A stretch of 64,000 nt of DNA from Vicinamibacterales bacterium (GTDB lineage Bacteria > Acidobacteriota > Vicinamibacteria > Vicinamibacterales > 2-12-FULL-66-21): contig DASSPH010000030.1 in the NCBI GenBank assembly GCA_035699745.1, positions 578-64,577 of the forward strand. Reading direction: 5' to 3'. Position 1 is the stretch's first letter, and every line of letters begins with the position of its first letter. The notes beneath the pieces are model-generated. The model saw nothing but the letters and a program-made list of their open reading frames with translations, ran no database searches and was not told the DNA's origin. Below are positions 42,549-51,328 of this stretch, piece after piece. Made by a program: the position numbers and the translations under genes.

Positions 42549-44519
42549 CTAGCTGCCCGCCAGGTCCGCGTACCCGTCGCTGATCGTGTCGTCCGGCCTC
42601 GTCGCGAACAGCGCCAGCAGGTCGGTGATGACCGCCGCCTTGTCGCGCGCGTCGCGGCGGGACCACGTCCGCGACTTCACTTCCACGAAGAAGCCGTCCT
42701 GCGCCGGCACCAGCAGGCGATCGAGGTGGACGTAGAACTCCACGCCGCGAAAGGCCACCAGCCAGCGGCGCCGATCCTTCTCGACCACACGCTCGGCGGC
42801 CGGACGGAAGTACTCGCGATAGAACCGCGCCGAGTGCGTCGCCGGGGCGTAGTAGCGCGAGCGGGACAGCAGGACCGCGCCGAAGTGATCCTCGCGCGTC
42901 CGGCCCGTCAGGGTGAGACGGGCGCGGGCGCCGGTCACGGCACCGTGGGCGTCGAGGAACTCGTCCTCGCGATAGCGCAGCCATCCCTGGTCGGGATCGT
43001 CGAACGACCAGTAGGTATCGTACTGATGGTAGTGGCTCGATTTGATGACGGTGACGCGATCGCTGCCCAGCACCGCGAGCACCTGGTCTTCCGCCGGCAC
43101 GCGCGCCTTGACCTGCACCTCGAAGCTCTCCTGTTCGACGGCGCCGCCGACCGCGACGAGCTTCTGCAGCACGCTGACCTCGCGGCTGGTGAGGAACGCG
43201 TCGACGCGCGACGCCGCGTCCTGCGCCGCCGCACGCAGCTCGCGCTCGTCGAGCGTGAGCAGCCGGCGATCGCGCATCAGCCACCGGCCGTTGCACATCA
43301 CGTCGACGACGTCGGTGGACTTCGAGGCATAGACGATCTGGCCGTAGACGCCGCCGGCGCCGTGCCCGAAGGCGGGCACGTTGTGGAGGCGATCGAGCTC
43401 GAGGACGACCAGATCGGCGCGCTTGCCCGGTTCGAGCGATCCGATCAGATCGCCCATGTGCAGCGCCCGGGCGCCGAGCCGCGTCGCCATCGCCAGCGCC
43501 GTCCGCGCCGGGATCGCCGTCGGATCCCCGGTGGTGCCTTTCGCCAGCAGCGCGGCCAGCCGCAGCTCCTCGAACATGTCGAGGTCGTTGTTGGAAGCCG
43601 GCCCGTCCGTGCCGATCCCGACGTCGACCCCCAGCTCCAGCATCCGCGCCACCGGGGCGACTCCCGCGGCGAGCTTCAGATTGCTCGACGGGTTGTGCGC
43701 GACGCCGGCGTTCGCGTTCTTCAGCGCCCGCATCTCGCCGTCGTCCACGTGGACGCAGTGCGCGGCGAGGACCTTGGCGTCGAACAGCCCGTGCTTCTTC
43801 ACCCACGGCACGACCGGCATGCCATTGACGCGGCGCGACTCGTCGACTTCGAGCGCCGTCTCCGAGAGGTGAATGTGCAGCGGCACGTCGAACTCCACGG
43901 CAAGCTCGGCGCAGGCGCGCAGGATGTCGGGGGTGCACGTGTACGGGGCGTGCGGCGCCGGCGCCGGGACGATCAGCGGATGGCCGCGCCACCGGCCGAT
44001 GAAGTCCCGGGCGAGCGCGAGCGATTCCTCGAAGCTGGTGGCGTCAGGGGTGGGGAAGCGCAGCACCGTCTGGGCGCAGAGCGCCCGCAACCCCGCCGCC
44101 GCCGTCGCCTCGGCGATCGCGTCTTCGAAGTAGTACATGTCCGCGAAGCAGGTGACGCCCGATCGAATCATCTCCGCGCAGCCGAGCCTGGTGCCCAGGC
44201 GCACGAAGTCGGGGTTGACGAACGCGCGCTCGACCGGCATCACGTAACCCATCAGCCAGACGTCGAGGCGCAAGTCGTCGGCGAGGCCGCGCAGCAGCGT
44301 CATCGGCACGTGGGTGTGCGCGTTCACCAGGCCGGGCATGACGACGCGGCCGCGGCAGTCGATCGTTTCGGCGGCCTGGAAGGCCGCCGCATCGGCGCCG
44401 ACCGCCGCAATCGAGTCCCCGCGCACGGCGACGGCGCCGCCGCGATGGACGGTGAAGCCGGCATCCATGGTGACAACGAGGGCATTGGTGAGGAGGAGAT
44501 CGCACGTCGGCCTGGCCAC
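42549..44519 (-). CDS. mtaD: Fusion: MtaD-like amidohydrolase (5-methylthioadenosine/S-adenosylhomocysteine deaminase family) + C-terminal CYTH (CyaB/ThTPase-like) domain.
   Basis: The N-terminal ~430 aa include VMPGLVNAHTHVPMTLLRGLADDLRLDVWL and HLSET, typical of MtaD. The C-terminal ~200 aa include FEVQVKARV..., WLRYRED, LTLTGRT, VEKDRRRW, FYVHLDRL and GFFVEVKSR, a CYTH beta-barrel pattern with ExQxK in place of ExExK. I chose the GTG start at 44519 to avoid the divergent gene. Confidence 0.8.
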   Translation of the reverse strand: MARPTCDLLLTNALVVTMDAGFTVHRGGAVAVRGDSIAAVGADAAAFQAAETIDCRGRVVMPGLVNAHTHVPMTLLRGLADDLRLDVWLMGYVMPVERAFVNPDFVRLGTRLGCAEMIRSGVTCFADMYYFEDAIAEATAAAGLRALCAQTVLRFPTPDATSFEESLALARDFIGRWRGHPLIVPAPAPHAPYTCTPDILRACAELAVEFDVPLHIHLSETALEVDESRRVNGMPVVPWVKKHGLFDAKVLAAHCVHVDDGEMRALKNANAGVAHNPSSNLKLAAGVAPVARMLELGVDVGIGTDGPASNNDLDMFEELRLAALLAKGTTGDPTAIPARTALAMATRLGARALHMGDLIGSLEPGKRADLVVLELDRLHNVPAFGHGAGGVYGQIVYASKSTDVVDVMCNGRWLMRDRRLLTLDERELRAAAQDAASRVDAFLTSREVSVLQKLVAVGGAVEQESFEVQVKARVPAEDQVLAVLGSDRVTVIKSSHYHQYDTYWSFDDPDQGWLRYREDEFLDAHGAVTGARARLTLTGRTREDHFGAVLLSRSRYYAPATHSARFYREYFRPAAERVVEKDRRRWLVAFRGVEFYVHLDRLLVPAQDGFFVEVKSRTWSRRDARDKAAVITDLLALFATRPDDTISDGYADLAGS

Positions 44520-44622
44520 GATCGAATTGTAGCGGCGTTGAGCGCGCTGATTGGCGGGGTCTGCGGGTGGGCGGGGCGGAAGGATGCCGTGCCGGCGGCG
44601 TTTTGTTGTACCGTGGCGCCCT

Positions 44623-46479
44623 ATGCGCAGATACAGCAGCGCGGCCGCGGCCGCACTCGTCCTCGCCGCCGCGACCACGCTCGCCGGCCAGGGACCGCGG
44701 GAGTGGCGGGACTACGCCGGCGGGCCGGACAGCTCGAAGTTCGTCGCCGCCAGGCAGATCACGAAGGAGAACGTCGGCCGTCTCGAGGTCGCCTGGAGCT
44801 ATCCGGGCGGCGTGAGCGACTTCAATCCGCTCGTGGTCCGCGGCGTCATCTACGGCCGCGCCGCCGGCGACAAGTTCGTCGCGCTCGACGCCGCCACCGG
44901 CAAACAGTTATGGCTCTCGGAGCCGGTGCCCGGCTTCAACGTCCGCGGCATCAACTACTGGGAGAACAAGGACGGCTCGGACCGCCGCCTGATCTACAGC
45001 GCCGCCAATTTCCTGCAGGAGCTCGACGCGATGACCGGCGAGCCGATCCGGACGTTCGGCAGCAACGGCCGCGTGGACCTGCGCGCCGGACTCGATCGCG
45101 ATCCGGAGAAGGTCAACCAGCAGTCGCGCACGCCCGGCCGGGTGTTCGAGAACCTGATCATCATGGGCTCGGCGACCAACCAGGAGTACGACTCGGCGCC
45201 GGGAGACATCCGCGCCTTCGACGTCCGCACCGGCGCGCTGGTGTGGACCTTTCACACCGTGCCGCGGCCGGGCGAGGTCGGCTACGACACCTGGCCGCCG
45301 GAGGCCTGGAAGACCATCGGGGGGGCGAACAACTGGGGAGAGCAGACGATCGACGAGAAGCGCGGCATCGTTTACGTGCCGACCGCGAGCCCGAAGTTCA
45401 ATTTCTACGGCGGCAACCGCAAGGGAGCGAACCTGTTCAGCGACTGCATCCTGGCGCTGGACGCGCGCACGGGGAAGCGGCGGTGGCACTTCCAGACCGT
45501 GCACCACGACATCTGGGATCTGGACAACAACGCCGCGCCGCAGCTGACGACCATCCGCCGCAACGGCCGATCAATCGACGTCGTCGCGGTGGCCAGCAAG
45601 ACCGGATACCTCTACGTGTTCGATCGCGTCAACGGCACACCGATCTGGCCGATCGAAGAGCGTCCCGTGCCGCAGCGCACCGACGTGCCGGGTGAAGCGC
45701 TGTGGCCGACGCAGCCGATCCCGACGAGCCCGCCGCCGTTCTCGCGCCAGCGATTCACCGCCGACGACGTCAACCCGTACATCCTGACGCCCGAGGAGCG
45801 CGAGCGCTTCCGGCAGCGCATCCTGGCGGCGAGAAACGACGGCCCGTTCACGCCGATCGGCTTCGACGAAGTGCTGCACATGCCGGGCAATCACGGCGGG
45901 TCGAACTGGGGCAGCACCGCGGCGCACCCGTCCGACGGCACGGTGTACGTGATCGGCTTCAACGTGCCCGCGCTCATCCGCCTGCTTCGTCCCGGCGAAG
46001 TCCGCATGGGTCCGGGCGGCGCCAGGGAAGTGGTTCAGGAGGGGCGCTACGTCACTCAGGGCTTCGGGCTGTATCCCGCGATCGTGAATCCGCCCTACAC
46101 GACGCTGACGTCCTACGACTTGAACAAGGGGACGATCCGCTGGCAGATCGGGCTCGGCGACGATCTCCGCCTCGTCTCGCAGGGGATCACCGGCACCGGC
46201 ACGGCGGCGACGATCAAAGGGGGACTGATTCCGACCGCGACCGGCCTGGTGTTCGCCACCGCGGGAGACCGCAAGGTCCACGTGTACGACAGCGCGACCG
46301 GCAAGCAGCTCGCGGAACTGCCGCTCGGCGGCGCGACCAGCGGATCGCCGTCGATGTACGAACTGAACGGGCGCCAGTATCTGCTCGTCGCCGCGACGCC
46401 GTCCTCGACGACCGGCGGACCGGCCGGCATCGTCGCCTACGCGCTGCCGCAGCGACAGGGGTCGAGCCAGCGGAAGTAG
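44623..46479 (+). CDS. PQQ-dependent (quinoprotein) dehydrogenase, 8-bladed propeller family.
   Basis: The signal peptide MRRYSSAAAAALVLAAATTLAGQG is followed by WRDYAGGPDSSKFVAARQITKENVGRLEVAW..., the stereotyped N-terminus of soluble quinoprotein dehydrogenases. Repeated W-motifs follow. Confidence 0.85.
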   Translation: MRRYSSAAAAALVLAAATTLAGQGPREWRDYAGGPDSSKFVAARQITKENVGRLEVAWSYPGGVSDFNPLVVRGVIYGRAAGDKFVALDAATGKQLWLSEPVPGFNVRGINYWENKDGSDRRLIYSAANFLQELDAMTGEPIRTFGSNGRVDLRAGLDRDPEKVNQQSRTPGRVFENLIIMGSATNQEYDSAPGDIRAFDVRTGALVWTFHTVPRPGEVGYDTWPPEAWKTIGGANNWGEQTIDEKRGIVYVPTASPKFNFYGGNRKGANLFSDCILALDARTGKRRWHFQTVHHDIWDLDNNAAPQLTTIRRNGRSIDVVAVASKTGYLYVFDRVNGTPIWPIEERPVPQRTDVPGEALWPTQPIPTSPPPFSRQRFTADDVNPYILTPEERERFRQRILAARNDGPFTPIGFDEVLHMPGNHGGSNWGSTAAHPSDGTVYVIGFNVPALIRLLRPGEVRMGPGGAREVVQEGRYVTQGFGLYPAIVNPPYTTLTSYDLNKGTIRWQIGLGDDLRLVSQGITGTGTAATIKGGLIPTATGLVFATAGDRKVHVYDSATGKQLAELPLGGATSGSPSMYELNGRQYLLVAATPSSTTGGPAGIVAYALPQRQGSSQRK

Positions 46480-46506
46480 CCCCGCGTCGGCGCGCGGCGG
46501 CACGAT

Positions 46507-47421
46507 ATGCTGATATCGATGGCGTCCCGCGGACTCGAGAGCGAGATCGATCGCCTGTATCAGCTGCCGCCGTCGGAGTTCACCGCCGCCCGCAACGCGC
46601 TGGCCAAACGGGCCGGCGGCAGCGACGCCGCACGCATCCGCGCGCTGGCCAGGCCGCCGATCACCGCGTGGGCGGTGAACCAGTTGTACTGGCAGCACGG
46701 CGACGTCTGGAACGATCTGATCGCCGCCGCCGAAAATGCGCGCAAGGCGCACCGCGCGGTGCTGGCCGGCCGCAGCGGCGACGTCCGCGCCGCGGGCAAG
46801 GTCCACGAAGAGGCTGTCGAGCGCGCGCTCAAGACGACGTTGACGCTGCTGGCCGCGGCCGATCATCCGGCGACCGATGCCACCAGGCACGCGGTTGCGA
46901 CCACGCTGCGGGCGCTGCCCGGCGACGAGCCGCCGGGGCGGCTGACGCACGCCCTGCAGCCCGCGGGGTTCGAGCTGTTGTCCGGGCTGCCGATCGCCCC
47001 CGGGCCGCCGCGGCCGCAGCGGCCGGCGCCCGAGAAGCCGGCGGCGCGAGAGGCGGGCGCCGCGCCGGCGCCGAAGGTCGACGCCAAAGCGCTCACCAAG
47101 GCGAAGCACGACGCGGCGTCGGCGGCCCGCGCGCTGCGCGAGGCGGAAACCGCCGCGCGCCGCGAAGAGTTCGAGACGGCGCGCACGGAACGCGAAGAGA
47201 AGCGCGCCGCGGACGTGGTGGAGAGGGCGCGCGAGGCGCTGGCCCGCGCCGAACAGGAACTGGACTCGGCCGAAACCGCGGCACGCCAGGCCGTGCAGGC
47301 GCGGAAGGCAGCGGCGAAGCGCGCCGCCGAGGCGCAGGACGCGCTCGCGGAGGCGCGCCGCCGCGCCGGGACCGCCGCCGCGGAGCTCGCCGCGATGGAA
47401 AGCGGCCGCAAGCCGCGTTAA
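46507..47421 (+). CDS. Hypothetical protein with a C-terminal Ala/Arg/Glu-rich coiled-coil.
   Basis: 304-aa ORF. The N-terminal domain is LESEIDRLYQLPPSEFTAARNALAKRA.... The low-complexity helical tail means the coding call rests mainly on the N-terminal part. Confidence 0.55.
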   Translation: MLISMASRGLESEIDRLYQLPPSEFTAARNALAKRAGGSDAARIRALARPPITAWAVNQLYWQHGDVWNDLIAAAENARKAHRAVLAGRSGDVRAAGKVHEEAVERALKTTLTLLAAADHPATDATRHAVATTLRALPGDEPPGRLTHALQPAGFELLSGLPIAPGPPRPQRPAPEKPAAREAGAAPAPKVDAKALTKAKHDAASAARALREAETAARREEFETARTEREEKRAADVVERAREALARAEQELDSAETAARQAVQARKAAAKRAAEAQDALAEARRRAGTAAAELAAMESGRKPR

Positions 47422-49034
47422 TCGAGGCTGAAGGACACCTTCACCGCCATCACGACCTCAATCGGCCTGCCGTTCAGCAGCGTCGGGCTGAAGCGCCATT
47501 GCCGCACGGCGTCGGCCGCCGCGACCGCGAGATCGGGGTGGACGTCGCCGCCCACCACGCGCACCGAGGTGACCGAGCCGTCCTCGCCGATGATCGCGTC
47601 GAGCGTCACGACCCCTTCACGGCCGGCGGCGCGCATCGAGTCGGGATACACGGGACGCACGTCGACGAGCTTCCTGGGCACGCGGATGTTGCCGCCGACG
47701 CGCACCGGCGCCGGTCCCTGCGGCCGCGCCGACGCCGGCGCGGTAATCCGGGTGCTGCGCACCGAAATGGTCTCCTGCAACGTGCCGACCGGCAGTGTGA
47801 TCGCGCGGTCCCAGTCGCGCGGGCTGGTCAGCTCGAATTCCTGCCGCAGGGCACGGAAGCCGGGAATCGAGGCGGACAACACATATTTGCCGGGAGGGAT
47901 GGCGGCGATCTGGAAACGGCCGTCCGCGCCGGTCTGCGCCGTCCATTTCTGCGACGCATCTTCCAGCGTGAGGGCGACGCCCGGCATCACGGCGCCGGTC
48001 GTATCGTAGATCGCGCCCGAGAAGAACGACGGCGGCGCCTGCTGGCCGCGGAGGGCCGCGACCGGCAGCGCCGCGGCGAGGAGCAGGGCGGCGGCGAGCA
48101 CGGCGGCGCGCCGCGAAAGAGCCTGACGATCGAGTCGCGGATTCAGCATGGCGACGATTCTCCTTTCGAGCGTGGACGGGTGAGCCATCGGCATCGCCGA
48201 GACCCAGCGGGTTCCGGTTCGGCGGCAGCGCCGCGCCAGCGCGAGCAGGTGGCCGGCGTAGTCGCGCGCCGCCACACCGCGCCCCAGCACCGCGTCGTCG
48301 CACGCCTGCTCGCTGGCGCGGCGCAGGCGCGTGCAGGTGATCCAGATCAGCGGGTTGAACCAGAGCACCGTGCGCAGCGTTTCCGCCGCCATCTGCACGA
48401 TCCAGTCGTGCCGGCGGATGTGGGCGAGCTCGTGGCACAGCACCGCGTGCATGCGCTCGCGGGGCCATTCGCGGGCGTGGGACGGCAGCAGCACGGACGG
48501 GCGCAGCACGCCGGACGTGGCGAGCAGATCGGACGCGCCGGTCTCGATCAGACGGATCTCGCGTCGGATGCCGTAGCTGGCCGCGATCGCGCGCGTCATG
48601 GCGTGCCACTCGGGATTGCCGCTCACCCGTCCGGCGCGGACGATCGCACGAAGCCGGACGACCGCGGCCAGCAGCGACGCCAGCGCGACACCGAATCCCA
48701 CGAGCCAGACGACCGCCAGCACCGAGGACGGATCGCGCGGCGGCGCGCTGTCGCCCGGCGCCGGCGCCGCGGCCGTGCCGGACGCGGGGCGATCGTCGCG
48801 GACCGGCGACGGCGTCGCGATCAGCGCGGGGCTGCGCTCCCAGCGGGGCTCGATCGGGACGTTCAGCGCCGGCACCACGAACGAGAGCGGCGCGACCGCG
48901 ACGGCGGCGGCGATCGCGGCCGCCAGGACGAAGTGCCGCAGCGCCGCGGCGCGCGAGCGGAAGAGGACGTCGAACAGCACGCCGGCGGCCAGCATCGCGG
49001 TGGTGCGGAGCGCGACGTCGAGCCAGGGGGTCAT
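47418..49034 (-). CDS. BlaR1/M56-family metalloprotease sensor fused to CarboxypepD_reg-like and TonB C-terminal domains.
   Basis: The zinc motif is LCHELAHIRRHDW, with TM segments at the N-terminus. GAIYDTTGAVMPGVALTLED... is the carboxypeptidase regulatory-like segment. The C-terminus PVYPDSMRAAGREGVVTLDAIIGEDGSVTSVRV is the TonB_C pattern. Confidence 0.85.
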   Translation of the reverse strand: MTPWLDVALRTTAMLAAGVLFDVLFRSRAAALRHFVLAAAIAAAVAVAPLSFVVPALNVPIEPRWERSPALIATPSPVRDDRPASGTAAAPAPGDSAPPRDPSSVLAVVWLVGFGVALASLLAAVVRLRAIVRAGRVSGNPEWHAMTRAIAASYGIRREIRLIETGASDLLATSGVLRPSVLLPSHAREWPRERMHAVLCHELAHIRRHDWIVQMAAETLRTVLWFNPLIWITCTRLRRASEQACDDAVLGRGVAARDYAGHLLALARRCRRTGTRWVSAMPMAHPSTLERRIVAMLNPRLDRQALSRRAAVLAAALLLAAALPVAALRGQQAPPSFFSGAIYDTTGAVMPGVALTLEDASQKWTAQTGADGRFQIAAIPPGKYVLSASIPGFRALRQEFELTSPRDWDRAITLPVGTLQETISVRSTRITAPASARPQGPAPVRVGGNIRVPRKLVDVRPVYPDSMRAAGREGVVTLDAIIGEDGSVTSVRVVGGDVHPDLAVAAADAVRQWRFSPTLLNGRPIEVVMAVKVSFSLD

Positions 49035-49423
49035 CGGCTCTCTCCGCGTGCGTTCTTCAGCAGCGCGGCGATGCGATCGAGGTCGTCGTCGGACATCCGC
49101 GACGCCTCGCCGCCGAGCAGCGCGGCGACCGCCTTGGCGCTGGAGCCGTCAAAGAACGTCTCGACCAGGTGCTTGAGCGCCGACCTGCGGGCGGCGCTGC
49201 GCGGCACGGTCGGCATGTAGACGTAGCGCAGCCCGTGCTCTTCGTGGCGGACGTGCCCCTTGGCCTCGAGCACGCGGAGCTGGGTGCGGATGGTGGAGTA
49301 GGTCGGCGCGCCGGGGACGGCGGCCATGATCTCGGCGGCGGTGCCGCGGCCGAGGCGGTAGAGGGCGTCCACGATCTGCCGTTCCCGCTTGGTGAGGAGC
49401 GCCGGCGCGCGTTTCGCAGACAT
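49031..49423 (-). CDS. BlaI/MecI/CopY-family transcriptional repressor.
   Basis: LTKRERQIVDALYRLGRGTAAEIMAAVPGAPTYSTIRTQLRVLEAKGHV is the winged-helix of this family. It overlaps the BlaR1-like gene by 4 nt. Confidence 0.9.
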   Translation of the reverse strand: MSAKRAPALLTKRERQIVDALYRLGRGTAAEIMAAVPGAPTYSTIRTQLRVLEAKGHVRHEEHGLRYVYMPTVPRSAARRSALKHLVETFFDGSSAKAVAALLGGEASRMSDDDLDRIAALLKNARGESR

Positions 49424-49474
49424 GTGATTTTTATAACACCTCTGCGACTTTAATAACACGACCGCGGCCGGCTG

Positions 49475-51328
49475 TCAACGGCGGTAGGCGGCGGCCTGGA
49501 TGCCGTACAGCTCGGCGTACTGGCCGCCCCGGGCGAGCAGCGCCTCATGCGTGCCCGCCTCGGCCACGCGGGCGCCGTCGAGCACGACGATCAGGTCGGC
49601 CATGCGGACCGTCGAAAAGCGATGCGACACCAGCACGGTGATGCGGCCGCCGTCGCCGGCGGCGCGCCGCCGCGCGGCCGCCGCCGCGTAGCGCTCGAAG
49701 AGTGCGTGCTCCGTCTCTGCGTCCAGCGCGGCCGTGGGCTCGTCGAGAATCATCAGCAGCGGCTCGCGCCGCATGAAGCCGCGCGCCAGCGCCAGCTTCT
49801 GCCACTGCCCGAACGACAGATCGACGCCGCCGGGCCAGGAAGCGCCGAGCTGCGTCTCGAGCCCCGCCGGCAGCCCCGCGATGACATCGGCCGCGCCGGC
49901 GCGCTCCGCCGCCTCCGCGATCGCGGCGGCATCGTCGATGCGGGCGAGGTCGCCCAGCCCGATCGCCTGCCGCGCGGCGAACTCGAACTTGAAGAAGTCC
50001 TGAAAGGCGCCGGCGAGACGGGCGCGCCACGCCGCAGCCGGAATCCGCGACAGGGGAGTGCCGTCCACCCGGATCGTTCCCGACGTCGGCGCATACATCC
50101 GCGTGAGCAGCTTGACGAGCGTCGTCTTGCCGGCGCCATTCTCGCCGACGATCGCCACGACCGCGCCCGCGGGCAGCGTCAGCGTTACCTCGTCCAGCAC
50201 CAGGCGCGACGTCCCCGGGTACGCGAACGACACCCGGTCGAGCGTGATGCCGTCACGGATGGCGTCCGGCGCCGCCGCATCGCCGGACGCGTCCATCGTC
50301 GCGGCGTAATCCTCGAGCCAGGCGAGGCGCCGCGAGCCGTCCATCCAGAATCCGCGCAGGAATCCGATCTCGCCCACGGTTGCGCCGACGTAGGCGGACA
50401 ACCGGGCGCCGGCGGCGAGCACCAGAATCACGTCCGCCGCCGCAACGGCCGGCCGCGACGCGACGAAGATTACCGCGGCGACGTAGCCGGCACCGAAGAC
50501 CGCCCATGCCAGCGCGTGCCAGGCGGCGGACGCGGCGCGCGCACCCGCCACCGGACCGTACCAGCGCTCCCAGGCGGCGCGGCGATCCCGCGTCAGCCGA
50601 TCCGCGATGCCGGTGACGCGCACCTCCTTGCCCGGAGACGCGGTCGAGGCCAGCACGAACAGATGCCGCGCCAGCCGCGCGGCCTGGGCCACGCGCTCCT
50701 GGACCGCGCGTTCCACCGCCGGCCTCCACGTCGAGGTCACCACGGTCGGGACCGCGAACACGCCGAGCAGCAGCAGCGCCGGATGAATCGACGCCAGCAG
50801 CGTCATCGTCACGCCGAGCCGCAGGATCCAGCCGAGCGTGGAGAACAGCGACATGTACATGTGGTCGAGCACGAAGACCTGGTCGCGCAGCATCGCGAGG
50901 CGATCGAGATAGTTGGGGCGCTCCTGATGCGCCAGCGTGGGGATCGTGGCCTGAAGCCGCGCCACGTGCGCCTCGAGCGCGATGGTCACGCGATCGCGGA
51001 AGCGCCGCTGGACGCGCGTGCTGACGGTTCGCAGAAACCAGGTGCCCGCGGTCGAAATGCCGAGCCCGATCGCCGCAACCTGCACGACCCCGGAACGCGC
51101 GCCGATCAGGCCGTCGGCGAGCACCGCCAGCCACAGCGCGAGGAGCGCGTCGGGCAGCGCCGCGAGCTGCGACAGGACGAACGACACGGCCATCAGACGC
51201 GGCTCGTGCCGGTAGCCGAGCCTGCAGAGACGCCACATCGACGCCAGCGCCGGGGGAAGCGGGTCCATCGCCGCCTGCACCGGCGGCGGCTCCGGCGGCG
51301 CAGGCCGATCGTCAGGTGAGGCTGTCAA
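49475..51328 (-). CDS. ABC exporter, fused permease-ATPase.
   Basis: The 6-TM N-terminus is followed by Walker A GENGAGKTTL, the signature LSFGQWQKLALARG and Walker B LLMILDEPTAALD. Confidence 0.9.
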   Translation of the reverse strand: MTASPDDRPAPPEPPPVQAAMDPLPPALASMWRLCRLGYRHEPRLMAVSFVLSQLAALPDALLALWLAVLADGLIGARSGVVQVAAIGLGISTAGTWFLRTVSTRVQRRFRDRVTIALEAHVARLQATIPTLAHQERPNYLDRLAMLRDQVFVLDHMYMSLFSTLGWILRLGVTMTLLASIHPALLLLGVFAVPTVVTSTWRPAVERAVQERVAQAARLARHLFVLASTASPGKEVRVTGIADRLTRDRRAAWERWYGPVAGARAASAAWHALAWAVFGAGYVAAVIFVASRPAVAAADVILVLAAGARLSAYVGATVGEIGFLRGFWMDGSRRLAWLEDYAATMDASGDAAAPDAIRDGITLDRVSFAYPGTSRLVLDEVTLTLPAGAVVAIVGENGAGKTTLVKLLTRMYAPTSGTIRVDGTPLSRIPAAAWRARLAGAFQDFFKFEFAARQAIGLGDLARIDDAAAIAEAAERAGAADVIAGLPAGLETQLGASWPGGVDLSFGQWQKLALARGFMRREPLLMILDEPTAALDAETEHALFERYAAAAARRRAAGDGGRITVLVSHRFSTVRMADLIVVLDGARVAEAGTHEALLARGGQYAELYGIQAAAYRR

